Below, one piece after another: positions 54,410-64,000 of a stretch of DNA of 64,000 bases; positions within the stretch are counted from its first letter, which is position 1, and each line of letters opens with the position of its first letter. The translations under genes were made by a program, and so were the position numbers. A model generated the notes under the pieces. The model ran no database searches. It was given only the letters and a program-made list of their open reading frames with translations, and had not been told where the DNA came from. The stretch is taken from positions 2,232,001 through 2,296,000 of the forward strand of contig JAQFVV010000009.1 in assembly GCA_028023455.1 (NCBI GenBank), written 5' to 3'. This DNA is from Epiperipatus broadwayi (Eukaryota; Animalia; Onychophora).

Positions 54410-54715
54410 TTTAAAAATATCCCACAAATATTATGTGATCAAAAGGGAAATGCATGGTTTCATCTTCATGCCTCCATGCCATCTCAAATCAACATTAAAA
54501 TATTATAACCTGTTGAATTGGTGCATTATCGTTTTGAAAAACATAGTGTTGTCTGAAAATAATACTTTTATTCTAATATAAATTTGATTCCCTCAAACTG
54601 TTCAAATAGCCTGCAACTAAAATACACTCTATGCAGAGTAAGATAACACCATAATATGGATTTCCAATCATAACATTCCTTCCACCATGCTCTCCAGTTG
54701 GAAAAAGTTTATCTA
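54410..54715 (-). mobile_element. Tc1-like transposase fragment
   Basis: HGGRNVMI-like segment, then HYVFQNDNAPI (cf. FQQDNAPIH) and a degenerate SPD..I motif. Confidence 0.55.
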
Positions 54716-54954
54716 ATACAGTTTTATTGACAATTTATAGATATAACTTTATTCTACTGTTTAAAAAAATATATAAATAATAATGTATCATCTATATTAC
54801 ATGCTTCCAGTGATCGAGTTTTTATGTTTGTGTATGGAACTTTTTAATAGGTCTGAGTAAATTTAAAATATGAAATAGGTTATTAACATTCATCATGCGA
54901 TACTGATGATAAATAATTTTGAAAAATGAAGCATTTACTATGTAGCATTTGTAA

Positions 54955-55205
54955 TATAAAGGGTATATGAGCACAGACTTTCACACGACCCACCACTCTC
55001 CATTCTATCTCATAATACTGATAAACTTGAACATATATATGTCAAAAAGATAAATAATTACCAATATTTGTATTTCATGCTAAACCAGCAATCATCAGTT
55101 GGTCCAGATTATTATCTTAAGATAGCCAATCTCCATACTTTAATAGACAAGCTTCAATCCATTCCACACTCCAACTCTTCAACCATCCATTCATTTGAAA
55201 ATCTG
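54955..55205 (-). mobile_element. Solo PLE pLTR (HHR family 2), copy c
   Basis: Homologous to 10960-11250. Confidence 0.75.
55061..55102 (-). ncRNA. Minimal type I hammerhead ribozyme (family 2), intact core
   Basis: CCAA-CUGAUGA-UUGCUG-GUU-UAGCAU-GAAA-U-ACAA-AUA|UUGG. Confidence 0.7.
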
Positions 55206-56315
55206 ATAATGGAATACCCAAAGGCCACCCTGATGCCGAGATTCTCGTCACACCCATGTTGACCTTGATTCATTGAGATTTTATGTGTTTATACAATTTT
55301 TCATTATCTCTGCTGACTTTTATTAATAGTTAGTGATTTCTGATCACATCTTTTTTGATTGAAGTTATCTATTTTGAATCTATAAATTTGGAACATTAAA
55401 TAGTGCACTAGTTCTATATAATAATGCTCTAATTAAATTGGCCATATTAATCCTTTTAAGCATAGACAAATTAACATTAGATTCACAAGTTTATAGAGAT
55501 AATACCAATCTCCTAGTAGATATTTTTATATCTGCAAAAGACAAAAATTGAATTGTAGTATTGGTAAAATTTTCAATTTTGTACTTCATCATATCAAAAA
55601 ACAAAATTCTAATCTGACCCATTCCAATAATTTAGTCCAACCATTACAGATGCTCCCCAACTGTTTCCAAAATATGCATTATTTTTATCAAATCAATATT
55701 CAATTTGATATGAATAGGATATCTGTCTATTATAATCAATCTTAATATTAAAAAACTTTTTCTACATGATTTAAATGGCATCTTATTTTCTGATTCTTCA
55801 AATAAATAGAATGTTAAATTAAACACTCTTAATTATGGCTATTTCTTAATTATCCCAAAATATATTACCTCTTCAGAGGAAGAATGCCAATGTTAAAATA
55901 ACACCTGTGCTCATTCATATTATTGGAAAAACATTCTCATATGTATATAAAATTAGAAAATCCTTTTTACTGGTTATAGACTAATTAACTATTTGATATA
56001 TTGTTACATTTTTATTTACCATCGTCAAACTCACTCCACTCACAAATTTACACCATCCACCTCAGAAAAATATAATAATGATTATTACTAATCAATTTCT
56101 AAACTAGAGATTATCTTTAGCACAGATATAATCTTTAAACCTCAGTTAAAGGTTAATATATCTGATTTTTTAATTTTAAACATAAGCACACATGGAATTA
56201 TTCACCTTTCTTTTTTCCATGTGTAATATCTTTATAGATATATTAAACAAACTCCATACTTCCCCATTCTTTTTACATTCATATAAATAAAGATACAATA
56301 AAAGACAAATGACCC

Positions 56316-56355
56316 CCAAGATGCATTTCATGCTGAACCATCACTCATCAGTTGG
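56316..56355 (-). ncRNA. Hammerhead ribozyme, cluster copy 1
   Basis: CCAA-CUGAUGA-GUGAUG-GUU-CAGCAU-GAAA-UGCA-UC|UUGG; one stem II mismatch. Confidence 0.75.
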
Positions 56356-56380
56356 CCCAGGTTACTATCTCTCATGACCC

Positions 56381-56420
56381 CTAAGATACATTTCATGCTG
56401 AACCAGCATTCATCAGTTGG
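56381..56420 (-). ncRNA. Hammerhead ribozyme, cluster copy 2
   Basis: CCAA-CUGAUGA-AUGCUG-GUU-CAGCAU-GAAA-UGUA-UC|UUAG; 65-nt period relative to copy 1. Confidence 0.75.
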
Positions 56421-56424
56421 CCCA

Positions 56425-56471
56425 GGCCAACTGATGAGTGCTGATTCAGCATGAAATGCATCTTGGGGGCC
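56425..56471 (+). ncRNA. Hammerhead ribozyme, cluster copy 3 (best preserved)
   Basis: GGCCAA-CUGAUGA-GUGCUG-AUU-CAGCAU-GAAA-UGCA-UC|UUGG..GCC; full core, stems I and II paired, palindromic stem III AUGCAU; predicted cleavage after 56462. Confidence 0.85.
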
Positions 56472-57694
56472 ATTTGTCTCCTATTGTATTTTTATTTATA
56501 TGAATTTAAAAAGAATGGGAAAGTATGGATGTTGTTTGATATATCTATTTGATATACTAGTATATACTAACTACTGAACATGCATATATATTTTTATGTT
56601 CTCAAAATTTGATGTTTCTCTCTAGATAAAGAACTTTTGCAATTAAAAGGAAAAGACATTGACTGTCTAAATATGATTTAATTATAAATATTGATTACTT
56701 AGTCTTACATCTTAAAATGAATTCTGCATAATTAATTACTTGTGCCAAATTGTGGCACTTGCAAGTATGTGATTTTTCTTAAAGTCTGTCTGAAACCTAA
56801 CTTGTTTATTTTAATTCTAAAACTATATTGATAAGAGTGGATATTGTTGAACAATTTAAAATTAAAGTCATATGATTTTTTTCATATGTTTATTCATATG
56901 ATTCCAATAGCACCTGCTTTCACTCTATTCTAGAGGCATTTATTGTAAGTTTGAGCAATCAATGGACATTGCTCTTGAAACTTATTCAGTAATTAGTAAA
57001 AACCTTGGCTCAGAGTGCTATTTGGATCTTCCTGTTATTATTTGATAATCAAGTTTGTTAATAGAATTATTTCATATGGATTTTGGAGTTTGATCAATCC
57101 AATGTGAGATCCTACAACTAGTACTATTCTTGCTGAAGGATTGCACACAGGCCTTTAATTTTGGTATCTTTTTTTCTATATATATATATTATTAAGTTGT
57201 TTGCCTGAAGGCATATTGCACTATTTTAGGTAACAAATTACTATGACTAAATGATATTTGATCATCATCAGTAATAGCTTGCCACCCTTTTAACATAATT
57301 TATTTTAATATCTTAATTTTAGTGGTTACCTAGGTATATAATTCTTTCTAATATTATGCATATTCATGTTAGTTATATGTTGAATTATTACAAATACGAA
57401 ATAGTGAAAGTAGATGTGTAACAAATAAAAATCATTTATGTAGATACTATGTTGATTGATGAAAGATAGTAAAAGTTCTAATTGTATTTATGCAATCCAA
57501 AAAAATTTAAAGAATTTTGTTCATTTACTAATTCGTTTTTACTTATAATTCTTTAATATTTAATCTTGTGAATTTTTGGTAATACTTTTATTTAAAATTT
57601 TAAATAGCGAGGGTTTTGGAGATTTTTCATTATTACCCAATAGGTTGGCTATTAATCAGCTACTTGTTTGGAATCTGAAAAAAAAAAAGTTTTA

Positions 57695-57755
57695 CTTGAT
57701 CCGGATTTGAACTTTTCTTGGGCAAATAGATATGTTAGCCACTATGCCAGGATGC
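57695..57755 (-). mobile_element. Fragment of a different tRNA-derived SINE
   Basis: TGGCATAGTGG A box and AGTTCAAATCC B-box-like motif ~27 nt apart; no cloverleaf. Confidence 0.4.
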
Positions 57756-58960
57756 TCCCATAATCAATGGAGACTTGGTATTAGTTTTTAAGAAATAATT
57801 TGTATTAAAAATATTTTAATATTAAAATACTTTGCATGTAAATAAAGAATTTTTCTATTTGATTTTACAATTCTATGAATTCCATATTATTCGTCGATAA
57901 ATTCATTCTTTTAATTAATTATTACAAGTATCGCTGTTTCATTATATTTGCGTTGTTTAATTCAGATTATTAGTAATATTTATATATTATTTAATTAAAT
58001 AGAACTAGCACTATCTATATCATCACGAAAAAATACATGGGAAGGGGGAGAGATTTAAATATTTATTTAATTTAAATCATTTAATAGCCGCTTTCCCTGT
58101 CGTTATATATATTTGCGTTTTATTAGGATTTATCTTTTTTTTTTTAGTACGAAGACATTCTTAAATATCTTCATATTAAAAAAAAAAAACAATTTAAAAA
58201 AACAAACAACTGTAAATATATATAATATTCTAATGAATATATTGTACCTACATCAACTTGAAAGTGTGTGCGCACAAATCTCTGAGCTTGCGAGAGCGCT
58301 TGAAGCAGTAGCCGATGAATAAGTTCATCAAACAAACCTTATTGGATTAATAATGAAAGAGTTGACTTTGTTTTAGTATTTCATCTCGGCGCAGAACAAC
58401 TGCAACGTTCGAGACGGAGAGAAGAGAAACTTCGTTATTGTTTATTAAAACAATGTATCAACAAAATTTACAAATTGTGGTTCTAATTACTTTTGCTGTT
58501 CATATTTATTAGCGAATCGAAATTTGTTTTTGTTATTAATCAAAAATATTTCCAATAGCAGCATCCTCTTGTTATAAAAATCTTTTCCAAACTTATAAAC
58601 ATTATAGTTTAACAATTAAATTTAAGACGAAAAAAAAAACGAAAGACGCGTTCAATTTTTTTTTTTTTTCAATAACAAACAATATCAATCTTTTGATTAC
58701 TTTCTTTCCGTTCATGTTTTTTGCTAAATTAAAACATTATTTTTCAGCCTTTATAGACTCTTTTCAAAGAATGAGGTTTGCTCTCTATTTAACTGTTTAG
58801 TTAAATAATTAGTACGCTGGCAAATCAATCTGATTAAATTAATTAGCAATTGATGTCAATCAAGGATAATCATGTTGAAGTGTTTGGACTCCACTGAGAG
58901 GCTCCATGTATTTAGCTGTGGTAATTTCATTACATTCATTTGCAGCTGTCAAGCGCCTCG

Positions 58961-58997
58961 TATAAAAGCCGGGTGTGTAGTGCGCTGCTCTGACGTC
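58961..58997 (+). promoter_or_regulatory. Core promoter of gene B: TATA box (TATAAAAG 58961-58968) and CRE-like TGACGTC (58991-58997)
   Basis: Consensus TATA 66 nt upstream of the ATG, in a CpG-rich island within CpG-poor DNA. Confidence 0.7.
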
Positions 58998-59026
58998 GCC
59001 GCCAGCAGTCGGTTTTCATCTCCGTA

Positions 59027-59204
59027 ATGGAAGAACTTCGCGAATTCGTCAGTAAATCATTTGACCCCGACAAAGAAACTAGAAGAAATTCTATTCAAAT
59101 AAATATGGAAAGTCCTGATGAGAAGTTGTGTAAGAGTGTTATCGATCAATCCTTGCAAGAACCTATTATAAGAGCAAAGGAACAAGAAAATCAGAGGAAA
59201 ACAG
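59027..59204 (+). CDS. First coding exon of unidentified gene B: MEELREFVSKSFDPDKETRRNSIQINMESPDEKLCKSVIDQSLQEPIIRAKEQENQRKT(G), phase 1
   Basis: ATG in gtaATGG context; perfect donor CAG|gtaagt at 59205; no downstream exon recognised in the window. Confidence 0.8.
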
Positions 59205-62200
59205 GTAAGTCCGTTTGATTATTTTCCGCATATGGTTAACTCTAGAAAAGAAGGAAAACAAAACAGCTTACTTCCTAATGGATCAACGGAAAAAGAATCG
59301 CTGCTAATTTTAAAATGGCACTTGTAAATTATACCAATATTCGTTTAAATGTTACTTGTATAAAATTTAGACTACTGTCTACATAAAAAGGGAAGGAGTC
59401 TTAAGTTCAAACAAAAAATTAATTTGATTGAAATCTATAAATTCATCACTTCTCGGTTACTGCTCAAGTATAAAAGTAATTATGATTGTAAAAAATTACA
59501 ATAGAAATACAGTTTCTGTGTCCTTTAATAATTTATAAAATATATGTTTTCTAAATCACTCCCACGCCGAGTAAATTTTACCGATTTCTTTTTTTGTCAT
59601 CAATACTTTTTTTTTTAATTTCGGAGAATTTAATCTGGCCAGACTGCACATATTATCTATCTACTGAAGTATTTATTATTATGCAAGTCCTGAATATTTT
59701 ATTTGATTCATCTTTTTAAGTCAAATGCAACCATTTGGAAAAGTACGGGCCGATTAAAATAAAGCTAGGTCCGGTTATTCTTATCTTCAATTCGGAGCGT
59801 AACTCAGCAGGTACATTTAATTAATCTACGAAATTTTATTTCTTATTTAAAAATATTGTAATAATAATTTGTTTATTGGAAGTTTAGCTTGCCTATGTAC
59901 AGACACAAACATTTTTTCTATTCGTATTTATTCTCACAATCTAAAAACTTAATACGGCAGCTGTAGCGCATTATAATTAACGAACTACAAGCACTGCTAG
60001 ATATATATTTAAATACTGAAAAAAAAAAACAATTTAAAAAATTCTATGGATAAAAGTTTGAAAAAAAAAATCTTTAAAAAAATAATTTTTTAATCTTCAA
60101 AAAATATTTAAAAAGTTTATTATTATTATCTTTATCAGTTACTGTTGGCGAATATTATTTATCGGTGTTTGGCTTAACTTAAGCGGGCACTTGTAGAGCT
60201 GCACCGTTGATGCCAAACAATATTTGTTTAGCTTATAGTTGTTGTTTTTTTTTAAATTTAAAACAGTAAATCTGCAAAATTATCCCACTTATTAATCCTG
60301 ATTTACAATAGTTTTTAAATCTTTTTATTTATTTTCATTTAAAAAAAATATTTTATAATCTTATGTATTTATATAGCTATTTCTTCCTGTAAGAAATACT
60401 TATCACTAACAATGTGAGAGATAAATAAATCTATAATTTCCTCCGAGTAATCCATAGAATTGATAATGTAACAAAATTAATATTTAATTTTTAAACTGTT
60501 TATTATTTATTATGATAGTTCAATGTTGTCTAGATATTATTTTCTGCTGTTATATAAGTCCAAATATAATGAATCATAGTATTAAAGGACAAAATATTTT
60601 TGGCACAAATTAGGAACTTAAATGTTTAAAATGTTATGATTCATTTTTATAGTCTAAACTCTAGCATTTAATAATGTAGTATGTACTTGTATATTGTCTT
60701 TATAATAAGACAATTTACATTGAAAGTCAATTTTAAACTTTTCTCAAATAAACAATCTGTTTAGTCAACAAAATTTTAGTAGCTGATGATAATGAATTAT
60801 ATATATATATATTAGGGTTTATGTGTACTGTATATACATGGTTTGGCTTTAAATTATTAGAATAAAATATGTTAAGGGTATGTATTATTACTTAATCATA
60901 AAACTTGAATTTGAGCATACATCAGATATATAAAAAAGTTTAATAAATGTTGCTCCATGTAATCAAAAAATCATCATCATCATCATCATTTTCAAATCTT
61001 TATCGAATCACTTAATGTTTTATATAAAATATTTTTCTCCTTATATATATATATGTGTGTGCGTTGCGCGCGCGTGTTTGTTCGTATAAGTGATGTGTGA
61101 CTTTTTATTAATTACTTAATTAAAAAATAATAACACATAGGAAATTGCAAATGTATTAAATACTATCTATAATTATAAAATAATAGAATCAGTGAAGGCC
61201 AATAATTTGTTTAAAAAATTAAACATCCATCTATAATCAATTAGCAAGCCATAAAATTATTCTGGGTAATTCAATTTACATTTTAATATAAGTTTCTGAA
61301 CTTCTTTTCATACATTAGCATCTTTATCAAATGAACAACAACTTTCTTCTGTGATAAACAGTCTGATCACATTAGGAGTCGTAGAAAACAAAACTGGAAA
61401 TCTATATTTAATACATATATATATTAACAAATGAAATCGGAATAAAAATAATAATTTAGTATATTTTTATTAGTGACGTAGGAATGATTATTTTTACGTT
61501 TTATTTTTCCGGGTTTTTAATTTATTGTGACAGAAAGTACTACTTCTTTGAGACTGCTTTATTTGTGAATATTTGTGAATAGATCAATAAACAGCCCAGG
61601 GTGCTATGTGAATCACACATTTATCAAATACTGTGCCTAAGCAGTTCTTTTTGGATTAGTGTAATGATTAATGAATTAGGTTTATATAGTAATGAGTTAT
61701 GATTAATAATAATTTAACTTTATGTCTACGGGAAAACATTGAATATTAAACTGTTATCTATTAGAAAATAAAATATATTAATTAAATTCGTTTATTTGAT
61801 GGTCATTCATATGAAATATTTTATGGTGATGGGGTGACTATTTATCCCTGCATTAATAGAAGTGACTATTTACTCATTTGCGCTTGTGTGTGGTCTGATG
61901 AACCAATATTGTTATTATACTGTATATTTAAGCATATTTTGGAGTATGTCTTGAAGTTATTATATATATATCCGAGTGTGTGTGATTAATAATTACAGCT
62001 TATAATATTAATAATGTTTGTAAAAAAGGAAGTCTAGTGTAGAATTGTTAAATGTGTTTTTTTTACTATTATAGTGAGAAAAAATAGTTCAGAAATATAA
62101 TTTTTAAAAATTAGAAATGTAACCTAACAAGAAAAATTATCTATTCTTCATGTTCATTTCATTTCTCTCTGCGCGAGAGGAGGTTTAAAATCTCTTTATA

Positions 62201-64000
62201 TATAAAAATTTAGACTATTGTCAGAGTGATATTTATAGTAATTAAAAATTTTTTAAAAATATTTTATAAAATTTGACATTGTATCCTTTTAAATAGTAGA
62301 CACGACCCCCTCCCCCCCCCCACAAAAAAAAAACTTTAGTAAATTTCAAGTAAGTACTATATTCACACTACATTCTCATATATAATATTTTGATATATCA
62401 TTTATTCCCAAACATCGATTGAATTAAAATGAATTGAAATAATTTTAATTATACGGATTAAAAAATTTCTGAGATATAAATTAATGTCAGAACAAAAGGC
62501 GCAGACACCCAGACTTTATCAGTTGCTTCAAATAACGTGCATGTCCACAAACAAAAAAGTTGGATTTTTAAAATATACTTAACTGGTAAATAATTAATAA
62601 TAAATAGGGGAGAGAATTATGCACTTTTGCTAACCAAACTGCTTATTAATAACTTAAATGTTTCAATATAAGTATACGAATAAACAATTATTTGCATTAA
62701 CATACATATGCATTTACATATTTCAATAAACATTTGAAATAAATCAGAATTAAAAGTCTCTGAATTTATGAAGATATTCAAAACTAAATTAATATATCAA
62801 TAAATCCTATATCATGGTAATGGGTAGTATTTTATAACTAGAGATGTACGGGTTTCTTGACAGTCGAAATAACTAAACGGTAGAGTGCTACAAGCACATA
62901 ATTACATTTAATCCATGTTATGACAGCCCATTCTTATCATAACACTAAAACATTTTTTCTTGAAGCTAAGTATGGTGGAAAGAGAGAAAAATAAAAAATC
63001 CCCCTGCCTCCGCCCTCCAAAAAATTTCCAGATCAAATATATTTACTAAAATAACAAACTGAAAATAGATCTAATGACATTTAAAATAAAATTGATGTCA
63101 TTTTGTCAAATGAGAAAAGAAAAAATTTCACAATAAATTTAGGCAAGTTTAAAATGATACATAATGATCTTTTAAAAGAAATAAAAATTTCAAAGAGACT
63201 ACAGGAAAAAATAAAAAACCATGTATTTCCAAAACATCGAAACTGAACAAAACTTGGAGAAAAAAAACCAGATATATCTTTTTGGGATTTGTGAAATCTA
63301 AATGAAGTATTATTCATAAATAAGTTTCCTGAAAAAATCTTAAATCAAAAAGGATGAAAGTGTACTAAACGTCTAAAAGAGAGAATATTATTATTTTGAA
63401 ACCCATGAATTTAAAAATTTTCCTTTTAGTTCAGCTGTCCTGACATCATAAAAATATATTCACTTATTACAATTTTTATATTGGCTCACTAATAAAAAAG
63501 TTGAATGTGTTTATTTATATACCTGCAATGCAAACTGGTTTTCATTATGTAAAACACAAAAATGTGCAATTTTAAATTAAAAGTTTATTTTAAAAGAAAT
63601 ATGACCAAACCTTTAAACATTTGTTTATTTTTATATCTGTCATCATGACGTATATGCTCAAAGAGTATAGTTTCTGTATCATCTTTTTTTACGAAAAAAT
63701 TGAATTGTTTAAAATCAAGTCACTTATCTGAAGATCATATTCATTACATCTGCCCGTGTTGTCTAAAAGCAAAAAATTTGCAATTGTAAAATGAAAGTTT
63801 ACCAATAAAATAAATGATAACAAAAAAAGATGACAAAACATGTTCTCAAAAAACAGTTTCCATAACACATAATTTTTTTAAAAAAAGTTGACTTGTTAAA
63901 AAATCATGTCAATTTATTCATTATTGATTTTCAATATTTTATAAAATGTAAATGTAAAAAATTTTCAATTCTATCTCAAATATTTATTCTCAAAATATCA

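Noticed and set aside
63081-63317. This and most other 60-100-aa ORFs in the track
   Set aside because: Low-complexity F/L/I/K composition expected from AT-rich DNA, with no motifs or splice support.

Overview
Very AT-rich metazoan (probably arthropod) nuclear DNA dominated by decayed transposons; no prokaryotic genes or CRISPR. Host genes: the last four coding exons of an unidentified + strand gene (12481-22045, including 17-nt and 29-nt microexons) and the first coding exon of a second unidentified + strand gene (59027-59204) behind a TATA box in a CpG-retaining region. Mobile elements: several RTE-type LINE remnants, an Ingi/Vingi-like LINE remnant, two truncated gypsy-type LTR elements (LTR+PBS; LTR+PBS+gag), a Buster-type hAT transposase relic, a hAT MITE, a Tc1 fragment, an ~820-bp GATA/GACA microsatellite and many Penelope-like element (PLE) footprints. 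Most notable is a dense set of PLE-type minimal hammerhead ribozyme (HHR) motifs from at least three to four families, each with its own palindromic stem III. One PLE family has a tRNA-Lys-like Pol III promoter directly upstream of its hammerhead and also occurs as a solo SINE-like copy. Most fold-backs in the window look like PLE inverted-duplication insertions. All identifications are by eye and recalled motifs; no database searches or folding calculations were run.
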